Assembly (NCBI GenBank): GCA_013791785.1
Contig: VMTD01000047.1
Span: 1,704 to 65,703, forward strand
Origin: Methanobacteriota archaeon
Lineage (GTDB): Archaea > Thermoplasmatota > Thermoplasmata > SG8-5
Length of the DNA stretch: 64,000 bases
Direction: 5' to 3'
Shown here: positions 55,801-64,000 of the stretch, piece after piece
Layout of the letters: each line of letters opens with the position of its first letter
Position numbering within the stretch: position 1 is the stretch's first letter
Made by a program: the position numbers and the translations under genes
Notes under the pieces: model-generated
What the model was told of the DNA's origin: nothing
Database searches by the model: none
The model's input: the letters and a program-made list of their open reading frames with translations, nothing else

Positions 55801-55944
55801 CTACGCCAGTTATCCAAAGAGCTTGATTCCCAGGAAAGAACCTGTGGATTCGAGGAAGTGGTCATGTGCCTGGACGAGGAATGTGCAAAGAAGGAGGCCT
55901 TCAGATGTCTCAGATGCGACCTCAGTGCAGAGGAGGTGAAGTAG
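52789..55944 (+). CDS. NuoF/HoxF-like fused to a GltD/NfnB-like domain (1051 aa), paralog of 33878..37099
   Basis: GIRGRGGAGFPTGLKWDF, ESCGKCTPCRVG, CEHPCEPRCQ, VGGGPSGLSAAYFL, GGGNVAVDVAR. Confidence 0.85.
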   Translation: MLMKISNISDLDKMAREGEERLYNTRAQLIFGLGTCGIAAGGLPLKEFAESYIDEKNIKADIISVGCIGMCHAEPLVDVKLPGKPRVTYSEVDLEKLKIIIDEHLIGGTPSRDMALCQLTKEISECDYGIIDEPDLYDDIPTYEELPFFSKQRRIVLRNCGIVNPEDITEYVARGGYRSAFKALHEVARGGIIDEMKISGIRGRGGAGFPTGLKWDFCSRAPGDVKYMICNADEGDPGAYMDRAVLEGDPHSVIEGMVIGAYAMGASQGYIYIRAEYPLAIERLKKAIEQAETLGILGDRVLGVDFSFRIHIREGAGVFVCGEETALIRSIEGKRGEPRPRPPFPAASGLWGKPTNINNVETWANVAMILQKGGKWFSSMGTMKSPGTKVFSLVGKTERAGLVEVPMGIPMKDIIFEIGGGIPDGRKFKAVQTGGPSGGCIPAEHLDIGVDYENLKTLGSIVGSGGMVVLDEDTCMVDVARYFLTFTSEESCGKCTPCRVGTRRMLEVLDKICNGHGEMSDIDILKSLSVQIRDSALCALGGTAPNPVMTTMKYFMNEYLEHVQLKKCSASVCAALFKSPCQNTCPAETNVPSYIQLINEGRFVEAYEVNRENNPFPSICGRVCEHPCEPRCQRGQLDEAIAIRELKRFCSDEAIKAGQPAKISTLEKVNKTVAIVGGGPSGLSAAYFLARLGYSPTVFESAPKAGGWLRYGIPKYRLPHDVIDKEIEDIVNLGVELKTGIAVGRDVTLSKLKEEYDAVYLAVGAQLDKKLGLEGENLPGVLPGLQVLRDINSDKPVNIGEKTLIIGGGNVAVDVARTAVRMGTEVTICYRREEQDMPAYDEEIQHCKEEGVVYHFLVSPEKLIIENGKAVGAVFRRNVMGDFTKWGRRTPVPTDETLEVRADSVIVAIGQDLDGRFAKDFHGELFSKSNLVIAGDGLVTGDPKIFAGGDAVRGPASVIDAIADGKQAARSIDIFLGGEDRFAELERSNFKDYGMEEPKNEDTLLRQLSKELDSQERTCGFEEVVMCLDEECAKKEAFRCLRCDLSAEEVK

Positions 55945-56628
55945 ATGTCGTCAAGTTCATTCAAGATAATGATTACCATAGATGGAAATGAAATTGCATG
56001 CAAGCCTAACCAGACCGTTCTGGATGTGGCTATAAAGAACAACATAGACATCCCAACACTTTGCTACAATCCACTCTTCAGCGAGCACAGGATAGGTGCA
56101 TGCCGGATGTGTCTTGTGGAGATAGTAGCCGGCGGACGACCCGGGTTACAGACCAGCTGTACATTGCCTGTTTCCTCGGGGCTGTCCGTGTCAACGACCA
56201 GTGAAGCAGTGTTCCAGACAAGAAGAACGGTTGTTGAACTTCTGCTTTCCGAACATGTTCAGGATTGCCGGAACTGCATTAAAAGCGGTGATTGCAGCTT
56301 TGCCAAGCTGTGTAGAGATTATGATGTTAACGGGGTGTCAGTGTGTGCGGAGTGCCCGAATCAGGAGGAGGGGTGCCTGCTTTCCAGAGGCGTGCTATGC
56401 ATGGGTCCTATAACTTACGCTGGCTGTAATGCCTATTGCACCAGGGAAGGGTACAGATGCGAGGGCTGTCACACAGTCATGGTCAATGAGGACATCCTAC
56501 GATTTGGACTGAAGGCCTACAAGGACCAGGGATTCGGCAAGGACGAAATTCTGGAAGCGGCAAAGGTGTTCTCTTTTGATTCAGTAAAGAAGCTTGAAAA
56601 GATTATGATAGAGGAGGAATTCGCATGA
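55945..56628 (+). CDS. HoxU-like 2Fe-2S/4Fe-4S electron-transfer subunit
   Basis: DIPTLCYNP..GACRMCLVEI..TSC (2Fe-2S); HVQDCRNC; CAECP; start overlaps the upstream stop. Confidence 0.7.
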   Translation: MSSSSFKIMITIDGNEIACKPNQTVLDVAIKNNIDIPTLCYNPLFSEHRIGACRMCLVEIVAGGRPGLQTSCTLPVSSGLSVSTTSEAVFQTRRTVVELLLSEHVQDCRNCIKSGDCSFAKLCRDYDVNGVSVCAECPNQEEGCLLSRGVLCMGPITYAGCNAYCTREGYRCEGCHTVMVNEDILRFGLKAYKDQGFGKDEILEAAKVFSFDSVKKLEKIMIEEEFA

Positions 56629-57923
56629 GCGAAATAAACATCAATGTGGAGCATCTGACCAGGGTCGAGGGTCACGGTAACATAGTACTCAATGCGAAGG
56701 ACGGAACCGTGGAGAATGTACAGTGGCAGGTCTCCGAGGCTCCCAGGCTCTTCGAGGCCTTTGTCAGGGATAAACCATATCATCAACTTGCCCAGATAAC
56801 TTCCAGAATATGTGGAATATGCTCCATCGGCCATACTCTTGCCTCTCTCAAGGCAACGGAAGCCGCAATGGGCATCGAGATATCGGAGCAGAGCCAGATA
56901 TTGCGAAGATTGGCCATACACGGCGAGAATATGCAGAGCCACATCCTTCATGTGGGCTATCTTGTGGCACCGGACATGTTCGGTGTTGGCAGTGTCATAC
57001 CCATGGTGGAGACCCATACCGATGCAGTGCTGGCAATTGTCAACCTGCACAGGCTTTCCAATGAATATTCTGACCTGATATGCGGCCGCACAACACATCC
57101 AACCAACCTTGTGCCAGGCGGTATTTTCAAAACTCCCTCACCGATAAAGCTGAAGCAGATGAGGCAGAGACTGGTTGACGCTGTTCCCACTGCAAATGCT
57201 GTTGCCGAGGTCGTGCTGGCCAATGCCCACGCACTTCCGGATTTCACAAGGGAAACAGAATTCATTGCACTTACCAGCGATGATGAATATGCCCTTTACG
57301 ACGGTGAAGTTGGCTCGACTGACACCGGCAGGCATTCTGTAGATGATTACCTGTCCTTGACAAATGAATTCGTGGTACCTCAATCAACAGCCAAGTATAC
57401 CAAACACAACAGAGATTCATATATGGTGGGTGCTCTTGCAAGGCTTAACCTGAATTACAATCAGCTCCATCCTCTGGCAAAATCATGGTCCGATAAGTTC
57501 GGCCTGAAGCCGGTAAACCACAACCCGTTCATGAATAATGTTGCCCAGCTTGTTGAGTTTGTTCATTCAATAGAGGATTCAATTGCCCTTATTGACAAGC
57601 TCTTTGAGACCGGGCTGAAGAAAGAGCCAACTCCCAAGATAACTCCGAAAGCTGGCCGAGGCATAGGAGCAGTCGATGTACCCCGTGGAATCCTGTTCCA
57701 CGATTATACCTATGACGAGAAAGGAATATGCCAGAAGGCCAATTGCATTATTCCCACCAACCAGAACCACAACAACATTCAGAAAGATTTCGAGGTTTTT
57801 GCACCGACTCTGCTGGACAAATCGGAAAAGGAAATTGAACTGAACTTGGAGATGCTTGTCAGGGCCTATGACCCATGCATATCTTGCTCGACCCACTATC
57901 TTAATGTAGAATGGAAAAAATAG
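56625..57923 (+). CDS. [NiFe]-hydrogenase large subunit (group 3-like), with no separate small-subunit gene in its operon
   Basis: RICGICSIGH N-terminal and DPCISCSTH C-terminal Ni-Fe ligand motifs; ~75% identical to 61900..63282. Confidence 0.85.
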   Translation: MSEININVEHLTRVEGHGNIVLNAKDGTVENVQWQVSEAPRLFEAFVRDKPYHQLAQITSRICGICSIGHTLASLKATEAAMGIEISEQSQILRRLAIHGENMQSHILHVGYLVAPDMFGVGSVIPMVETHTDAVLAIVNLHRLSNEYSDLICGRTTHPTNLVPGGIFKTPSPIKLKQMRQRLVDAVPTANAVAEVVLANAHALPDFTRETEFIALTSDDEYALYDGEVGSTDTGRHSVDDYLSLTNEFVVPQSTAKYTKHNRDSYMVGALARLNLNYNQLHPLAKSWSDKFGLKPVNHNPFMNNVAQLVEFVHSIEDSIALIDKLFETGLKKEPTPKITPKAGRGIGAVDVPRGILFHDYTYDEKGICQKANCIIPTNQNHNNIQKDFEVFAPTLLDKSEKEIELNLEMLVRAYDPCISCSTHYLNVEWKK

Positions 57924-58341
57924 AGAATTTTAACTCTATTTTTCTACGTAACGTCACCGGAATTATGAATAGTAGCCATTAGAATACACTGCAAGAATAA
58001 CATTCAATAATTGTCTTCCATCAGAATTCCCTGTTCAACATATCATTTAGCATTTTTAACATAAAATATGGGTATTAATATAAATTATTGGCTGTTTCAA
58101 GTTATAAATTTAAAATAAATGAATGAAAATCATGATAAGAAACACACACAATGTCATACACATTTTTAAATGGCCAGTGATATAAGTGGTACTATTTCAC
58201 ACAGTAAAATGGCATATTCATCATTTATTGTTGATAATAGTGTAATTCCATTCTAAATAGAAATATCACCTATACTATTCATGAAAGCAAATAAGATCGA
58301 AGATGGTGAAAGATACGATAAAATAAAAAGGAGGTAGAAAA

Positions 58342-58905
58342 ATGGAAAGCGTAACAAAAAAATTAGCACATGAAGAAAAGATGCATGATTTAAGTGGGAT
58401 AGAAGAACTTATAAAATCTTGTGGAGAAGGAAATGGCCTTGCACAACAAGAAGCGCGTATTGCCCTCGAAAACATCGGAGAGGCAGCAGTAGAACCCATC
58501 ATTCAGGCTCTTCTGCACTCTGAAAATCCTATCATCCGGTGGAGGGCCGCAGAGGCTCTTGGGCATATAGGTGGTCCTAGAGCAATAGAGCCATTGATAC
58601 AGGCATTAGCGGATAAGGAGACTTCCGTCCAATGGAGAGCCATAGAGGCGCTTGCAGATATTGGAGAACCCGCAATGGATTCCTTATATTTTGCTGCGGA
58701 AAATGAAAACGTGGAAATCCGATGGGGTGCCACGAGGGCTGTCAAGGACATCAAAGCGAAAATATGCATGGAAGAAAATAAATGTCTGAGTGCAAAGATG
58801 GAAGATATATGCTCTGAAAAGATTGAGATGTGTTCAGTTTGTAAGAAATACCCCGTAGTGAACTTCGGTTACTGCATTGAATGTTCAGGAAGAAGAGGAA
58901 TATAA
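58342..58905 (+). CDS. HEAT/PBS-lyase repeat protein with a C-terminal zinc ribbon
   Basis: repeated (E)ALG.IG...A...L..AL.D motif x3; CSVCKK...CIECSG. Confidence 0.6.
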   Translation: MESVTKKLAHEEKMHDLSGIEELIKSCGEGNGLAQQEARIALENIGEAAVEPIIQALLHSENPIIRWRAAEALGHIGGPRAIEPLIQALADKETSVQWRAIEALADIGEPAMDSLYFAAENENVEIRWGATRAVKDIKAKICMEENKCLSAKMEDICSEKIEMCSVCKKYPVVNFGYCIECSGRRGI

Positions 58906-58943
58906 ACAAAAGGAAGATCGCCATGCACTGTGCAGATATTTCC

Positions 58944-59070
58944 ACATGAAATCAAAGCTAAATGACTTTGATTTCATGTGCATGGCCTACAATTGTAAAC
59001 TTCCAGCCTTGAACCAATGGGTACAGGATCCAAGCGATAATGCTAGCCACTTTAGGGGCTGGAAGCTTAC
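58944..59070. repeat. repeat family A, copy A7 (partial)
   Basis: gaaatcaaagc..gctttgat..gtgcatggcc and cttccagcc...gccactttaggggctgg modules. Confidence 0.6.
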
Positions 59071-59208
59071 ATGATTTTTAATTTTTGAATATGCGCATTA
59101 ATAATTTTTTCATCGATTGTGCAATGCCTATTAAGCAATGTATTTTTATACGATATGCTATTTACCGACCTGTAAATCAATCAAATTTGTCAAAGAGGAG
59201 GAAATAAA

Positions 59209-61116
59209 ATGAAAATAATATCAAAAGAAAATTTCCACGCCTTTGTGGACTCTCTGATACAAGAGGGGTCGATGAACATTGAAGGCGTGAAGGCTAAGGA
59301 AGAAAAATTTGTATTTGGACCACTGGATTCGGCAAAGGAACTGCGTTTAGACTACGACGTGACCATACTTTCACCGAAGAAGTATTTCATGCCGCAATTC
59401 GAAACCATGATGGCTTTCGATTCGACCGGCGTTAAGAAACCAGCACCTGCAAAGCAAAAGGTCATAATCGGAATTCATCCGTATGATATTCTGGCAATAA
59501 TGCAGATGGACAAGTATTTCTTTGACACCAATGTGGACGATGCTTATTTGCAAAAGAGGAAGAACACCACAATTATAGGTATGATACCGAAAAATGTGTC
59601 TGAGAAGGCCTTTTATGGGAACATGTCCCAGCTTTTCGATTCACAGCCCGAACTTGCATTTGACCTGATGCTGGCCGACCTTGGCAACAAATATGCGATC
59701 ATGGTCGGAAGCGAAAAGGGAAAAGCAATTCTGGCGAAGGCCCAGAATGTCACGGAAGCCACGCCTGAAGAAGCCCAGCAGGTCCAGCAAATGCAGAAGG
59801 ATGTTCAGCAAAAGGCAACCAGGGACCTCAAGGCAAGCCCAAGGGCATGGCATGACCTACTCGCCGCGAATTATAATTCAGCAGTTTGGAAAGAACAAGG
59901 CGACAAATGTCTAGGGTGCGGAACCTGCACACTGGTCTGCCCAACCTGTTTCTGTTACGATGTCAAGGATGAAGTTAACCTCGACCTAACATCTGGCACA
60001 AGGATTAGAACATGGGATGGTTGCCTGCTCCGCGATTTCACCAAAGTAGCACCAGGCGAAATATTCCGCGAGAAGATTGAAGACCGGTACAGGCATCGTT
60101 TCAACAGGAAGGGCCAGTATCTCCCCGATATGCTGGGATTTGTGGCCTGCGTCGGCTGTGGCCGTTGCTCAAGTCAGTGCGTCCCAGACATAGCTGACCC
60201 GGTCGAGTTATTCAACAAGCTGGCTGAGGGCGGAATGGTCCCTGATGGACCTGCCTTCGAACAACCTGCAAAGATTGATGTTGCAACCATATCCGACACA
60301 ACTAACCTTTACATACCACGTCCCGCAACTTTGAAGCGCGTTGAAAAGGTGACGAAAACCGAGACATTCTTTGAAATTCAAATGGACGACGGCCAGCCAC
60401 TGGGACACCAGCCCGGCCAATTCGTCGAGGTTTCGATTATGGGTATCGGTGAAGCGCCAATTTCAGTAAGCTCAGCACCGGGTGGCAATACATTCGAGAT
60501 GGTTGTCAGAAATGTGGGAGACGTCACATCAAAGCTTCACGCATTGAAGCTAGGCGATAAAATCGGAATCCGTGGTCCTTTCGGAACCGGATTCGACGTT
60601 GAAGGCTTGAAAGGAAAGAACCTTCTGTTTGTAGCTGGCGGTCTTGGAATTGTGCCAATGAGGTCACTGATTAACCATGTGCTCAATAGCCGCAATGACT
60701 ATGGCAAGGTCCAGATTCTGTATGGCTGCAAGGAACCATGTGAGCTGCTTTTCGGTAATGAGATAAAAGCATGGCCAGATAAAGGTGCTGAGCATCTTTT
60801 AACTGTTGATAAATGCCCCGAAGGCGAGTGCTGGGAAGGCGGCATCGGTGTTGTCGGAACCCTCATCCCGAAGATCCAGTTCAATCCGCAGGATACGATG
60901 GCAATAGTGGTCGGGCCTCCAATATTCTACAGGTTCGTAATTGCTGACCTGAAGAAAATGGATGTTCCCGAACAGAACATCATTGTCTCGCTGGAAAGGC
61001 GCATGAAGTGCGGCGTTGGTAAATGTGGCCATTGCCAGATGAATGGTATTTATGTGTGCAAGGAGGGGCCTGTATTCAAACTTGCAGACCTCAAAGACAT
61101 ACCGGAGGCGTTCTAA
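59209..61116 (+). CDS. fused sulfhydrogenase-type beta (HydB-like 4Fe-4S) + gamma (HydG/PyrK-like FAD/NAD(P)H, 2Fe-2S) subunit
   Basis: CLGCGTCTLVCPTCFC and CVGCGRCSSQC clusters; then a ferredoxin-reductase fold with C-terminal CGVGKCGHCQMNGIYVC. Confidence 0.75.
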   Translation: MKIISKENFHAFVDSLIQEGSMNIEGVKAKEEKFVFGPLDSAKELRLDYDVTILSPKKYFMPQFETMMAFDSTGVKKPAPAKQKVIIGIHPYDILAIMQMDKYFFDTNVDDAYLQKRKNTTIIGMIPKNVSEKAFYGNMSQLFDSQPELAFDLMLADLGNKYAIMVGSEKGKAILAKAQNVTEATPEEAQQVQQMQKDVQQKATRDLKASPRAWHDLLAANYNSAVWKEQGDKCLGCGTCTLVCPTCFCYDVKDEVNLDLTSGTRIRTWDGCLLRDFTKVAPGEIFREKIEDRYRHRFNRKGQYLPDMLGFVACVGCGRCSSQCVPDIADPVELFNKLAEGGMVPDGPAFEQPAKIDVATISDTTNLYIPRPATLKRVEKVTKTETFFEIQMDDGQPLGHQPGQFVEVSIMGIGEAPISVSSAPGGNTFEMVVRNVGDVTSKLHALKLGDKIGIRGPFGTGFDVEGLKGKNLLFVAGGLGIVPMRSLINHVLNSRNDYGKVQILYGCKEPCELLFGNEIKAWPDKGAEHLLTVDKCPEGECWEGGIGVVGTLIPKIQFNPQDTMAIVVGPPIFYRFVIADLKKMDVPEQNIIVSLERRMKCGVGKCGHCQMNGIYVCKEGPVFKLADLKDIPEAF

Positions 61117-61898
61117 TGACAAAACCAAGAGTAGCATTTTTCGACTTTTCCAGCTGTGAGGGCTGCCAGCTTCAGGTCGTGAACCTGGAGGAAGCCATAC
61201 TCGATGTCCTGAAACTGATAGACATAGTCGAGTTCAGGGAGGCCATGAAAGAATCCTCAACAAAATACGACATCGCAATAATCGAAGGTTCGATAACCCG
61301 ACCGATTGATGTTGAGAGAATCAAAAAGATAAGGGAAAGAGCCAGCATCCTCATCGCTATGGGTGCATGCGCTCACCTCGGTGGCGTCCAGCGCATGGGA
61401 AACAAATGGACTCCTGAGGAGAACAAAGCCGAAGTTTACAAGAGACATCCTGGTTCAGAGATAACCAAGGGCGATGCTAACCCCTACTTCGCACAGCCGA
61501 GACACAGGGCGGTCGACGAAATAGTGAAAGTCGATGCAACCATACCCGGTTGTCCGATAGACTCTAATGAGTTCGCCAGGATATTGATTGCACTTCTTCA
61601 GGGCAAGAAACTGCCAATACCGGATTATCCAGTTTGCGTCGAATGCAAGAAGAACGAGAACATATGCGTGTTCGAAATTGGAGGATTCTGCATGGGCCCA
61701 ATAGCCAGAGCAGGGTGTGGGGCACCATGTCCGACCCATGGCGGTGAGTGCGAGGCATGCCGTGGTTACGTGGATCACCCGCACACCCAGGCACATAACG
61801 AAGTACTTAAAAAATATGGCCTCACACCGGAACAGATAATGAACCGGAAAACCATGTACACATATCGGTATGTTGAAGAAGCCAAAGGAGGTGAATAA
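61116..61898 (+). CDS. [NiFe]-hydrogenase small subunit (group 3b HydD-like); track start 61023 is over-extended
   Basis: FDFSSCEGCQ, GACAHLGG, IPGCP proximal-cluster motifs plus CVECKK..CMGPIARAGCGAPCP..CEAC medial/distal clusters; ATG overlaps the upstream stop (TAATGA). Confidence 0.85.
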   Translation: MTKPRVAFFDFSSCEGCQLQVVNLEEAILDVLKLIDIVEFREAMKESSTKYDIAIIEGSITRPIDVERIKKIRERASILIAMGACAHLGGVQRMGNKWTPEENKAEVYKRHPGSEITKGDANPYFAQPRHRAVDEIVKVDATIPGCPIDSNEFARILIALLQGKKLPIPDYPVCVECKKNENICVFEIGGFCMGPIARAGCGAPCPTHGGECEACRGYVDHPHTQAHNEVLKKYGLTPEQIMNRKTMYTYRYVEEAKGGE

Positions 61899-61899
61899 T

Positions 61900-63282
61900 A
61901 TGGGATTTTTCTCTAAGAAAAAAGAAACACCAGCAAAACAACCCGCACCAGCACCGCATCCATCTACTGTTGCAGCCCCGGGCGGAAGGACTGTGAACAT
62001 CAATGTAGAACATCTTACAAGGGTGGAAGGCCATGGTAACATAGTTCTGAATGCCAAGGACGGAAAAATCGAGAAGGTCCAGTGGCAGGTCTCCGAGGCT
62101 CCGAGATTCTTCGAGAGCTTTGTCAGGGGCCGCCCTTACAACGAGCTGAGCCACATCACTTCAAGGATTTGCGGCATTTGCTCAATAGGGCACTCGCTAG
62201 CATCACTTAAGGCCACGGAGGCGGCAATGGGCATACAGACAACCGAGCAGACCGAGATATTGAGACGTCTGGCCATTCATGCTGAGAACCTGCAGAGCCA
62301 CGTTCTGCATGTTGGATATCTGGTAGCGCCTGACCTTCTTGGCGCGCCGAGCGTCGTACCGCTGGCAAGTTCCCACACCGGTGCTGTCCTGAAGATTGTC
62401 GGATTGCACAGACTGGGCAATGAATTCTCCAACCTGATGTGCGGCAGAACAGTACACCCAGTAAGTTTAATACCCGGCGGATTCAGTCATATCCCATCCG
62501 AGAAGCAGCTGAAAGAAATGAGGCAAAAATGGGTTGACGCCATTCCGGATGTCGTTGCAGTTGCGGAGATTGTCCTGGCCAATGCCCACAAGCTTCCTAA
62601 CTTTACAAGGGAAACCGAGTTCATCGCTCTCACCGCAGATGATGAATACGCAATTTACGACGGCGACATCGGTTCGACCGATGGCGGACGCTGGCCGGTT
62701 GCTGAATACGAGAAAATAACCAATGAATTCGTAGTTCCGCATTCCACAGCCAAATACACCAAGCACAAGCGCGCCTCATACATGGTCGGCGCACTGGCAA
62801 GGCTCAACCTGAATTATGATAAACTTGGACCACTGGCCAAAGAATGGGCTGGCAAGTTCGGCCTGAAACCAGTCAACCACAATCCGTTCATGAACAATGT
62901 CGCTCAATTGGTTGAAATCGTGCACAGCATCGAGGATACGCTGGCTCAGATAGACAAGCTCCTGGAAAAGGGTGTGAATGTCAATGAGAGACCGAAGTTC
63001 GAAGTGAAAGCTGGCAGGGGCGTCGGAGCAGTGGATGTTCCCAGAGGAATTTTATTCCATGACTACACTTACAATGATAAGGGAATAATCACGAAGGCCA
63101 ACTGCATCATCCCGACCAACCAGAACCACAACAATATCAACCTGGACTTCCAGGCTTTCGCGCCAACCATTATTGACAAACCGGAGAAAGAGATAGAACT
63201 ACTCTTGGAAATGCTAGTGAGGGCCTACGATCCGTGCATATCCTGCTCCACACATTATCTGGACGTCAAGTGGAAACGGTAG
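61900..63282 (+). CDS. [NiFe]-hydrogenase large subunit (group 3b-like) with a ~35-aa Pro/Ala/Lys-rich N-terminal extension
   Basis: RICGICSIGH and DPCISCSTH motifs; RBS aaaggaggtg 8 nt upstream of the ATG at 61900. Confidence 0.85.
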   Translation: MGFFSKKKETPAKQPAPAPHPSTVAAPGGRTVNINVEHLTRVEGHGNIVLNAKDGKIEKVQWQVSEAPRFFESFVRGRPYNELSHITSRICGICSIGHSLASLKATEAAMGIQTTEQTEILRRLAIHAENLQSHVLHVGYLVAPDLLGAPSVVPLASSHTGAVLKIVGLHRLGNEFSNLMCGRTVHPVSLIPGGFSHIPSEKQLKEMRQKWVDAIPDVVAVAEIVLANAHKLPNFTRETEFIALTADDEYAIYDGDIGSTDGGRWPVAEYEKITNEFVVPHSTAKYTKHKRASYMVGALARLNLNYDKLGPLAKEWAGKFGLKPVNHNPFMNNVAQLVEIVHSIEDTLAQIDKLLEKGVNVNERPKFEVKAGRGVGAVDVPRGILFHDYTYNDKGIITKANCIIPTNQNHNNINLDFQAFAPTIIDKPEKEIELLLEMLVRAYDPCISCSTHYLDVKWKR

Positions 63283-63333
63283 AAGAAACAGAATGGAAGG
63301 GGTAAAGTACCTCTTCCCCTTTTCATTTTATTC

Positions 63334-63783
63334 ATGAACAGAGTAGCGGTTATCGGCATTGGCAACATTCTCATGTCAGACGATGGCGCAGGAGTAAAGG
63401 TACTGGAGCTTTTATTCCCATTACCGAAAGGAGTGGTCATTATCGAACTCGCCACCGGAGGCATGACCCTGTTGCACCAGTTTGACGGTCTGGATAAGGC
63501 CATCATAATCGATGCAGTGGACTTCGGCGGCAAGCCTGGCGAGGTGCGTGTTTTTAAACCTGAGGATGTAACATCCATCAAGACAGTAGGGTATTCCCTC
63601 CATGACCTGGATATCCTGAAGGTGCTGGAACTGGCTGGGAGGATGGGCACCCTGCCGAAGGCGGTTTTCATTGCAGCCATACAGCCCGCCAGCCTGGAGA
63701 TGGGGGAAGGCTTGAGTCCCGAGGTGGAAGGGGCGCTGCCGGAGCTGGCAGCGCGGGTGATGAAATTGCTCCCGGAAACCTGA
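63334..63783 (+). CDS. hydrogenase maturation endopeptidase (HycI/FrhD/HoxW family)
   Basis: VIGIGNILMSDDGAGVKV N-terminal motif and size (149 aa) typical of hydrogenase C-terminal processing proteases. Confidence 0.8.
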   Translation: MNRVAVIGIGNILMSDDGAGVKVLELLFPLPKGVVIIELATGGMTLLHQFDGLDKAIIIDAVDFGGKPGEVRVFKPEDVTSIKTVGYSLHDLDILKVLELAGRMGTLPKAVFIAAIQPASLEMGEGLSPEVEGALPELAARVMKLLPET

Positions 63784-63817
63784 AATCATTTTATCCCATA
63801 ATCGCATACTCCTTTTC

Positions 63818-64000
63818 ATGAAAGGCCACGTCGAGATCCGTGTTCGGTACATCGAGATAGACCAGATGGGCGTCGTGAACAATGTGAATTATTTCAGGTG
63901 GCTGGAGGAAGGTCGGGTTGAGCTTTTGCGGGACCTGGGCATGCCCCTCATTGACATAGAGCGTTCCGGCACCATACTCATGATTGCCGAGACGCTATGC
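63818..64000 (+). CDS. hotdog-fold acyl-CoA thioesterase (4HBT/YbgC-like), 3' truncated by the window end
   Basis: MKGHVEIRVRYIEIDQMGVVNNVNYFRWLEEGRVELLRDLG matches the thioesterase N-terminus. Confidence 0.55.
   Translation, partial: MKGHVEIRVRYIEIDQMGVVNNVNYFRWLEEGRVELLRDLGMPLIDIERSGTILMIAETLC

Noticed and set aside
61023-61115. N-terminal extension of the hydrogenase small subunit in the track (MWPLPDEWYLCVQGG...)
   Set aside because: It is the out-of-frame tail of the upstream HydB-HydG gene. The authentic start MTKPRV at 61116 overlaps the upstream stop (TAATGA) and begins the conserved small-subunit domain.

Overview
This is probably an archaeal genome segment. The evidence is an ABCE1/Rli1 gene, BRE/TATA-like promoters 25-40 bp upstream of starts, strong SD sites, and many surface proteins anchored by a C-terminal TM helix plus a basic tail. 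GC is about 50%. From 5' to 3' the window contains: a membrane protein; a secreted LTD-PLD-PKD protein; an EF-Tu-like pseudo-GTPase; a minus-strand cluster of paralogous secreted proteins, one carrying a peptidylarginine/agmatine-deiminase (PPAD-type) domain; a V4R protein; ABCE1; a cupin; an IS1-family element with a programmed -1 frameshift; a signalling island (HTH-PAS sensor split by a frameshift, TPR protein, PAS/GAF histidine kinase, response regulator with V4R output); small putative regulators; an operon of four cell-surface proteins; two tandem Trp-periodic repeat proteins; an orphan dihydrolipoamide dehydrogenase; and then a roughly 31-kb redox island. That island holds (i) a HoxE-like / Zn-ribbon / NuoF::GltD fusion / HoxU-like / GltB-FMN-domain operon next to gdhA; (ii) a REC-REC-PPDK_N protein; (iii) NfnAB and a CoA-disulfide reductase with a rhodanese domain; (iv) a divergent regulator; (v) an operon whose first gene fuses a [NiFe]-hydrogenase small-subunit domain to a [FeFe]-hydrogenase H-cluster domain, followed by HoxE, a NuoF::GltD fusion, HoxU and a [NiFe] large subunit, which looks like a hybrid NiFe/FeFe hydrogenase; and (vi) a group-3b-like [NiFe] hydrogenase (fused HydB-HydG, small subunit, large subunit, maturation protease). 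Intergenic DNA is unusually dense in interspersed repeats. I distinguish at least five families (A-E): mosaic roughly 100-240 bp elements, tagattttagat inverted-repeat hairpin elements, terminator-bearing repeats, long GC-rich elements with CCCCGCC hairpins, and 14-bp inverted-repeat-bounded cassettes of about 150 bp. No rRNA, tRNA or CRISPR array was found. Coordinates I derived by hand (repeats, motifs, alternative starts) may be off by 1-2 nt.
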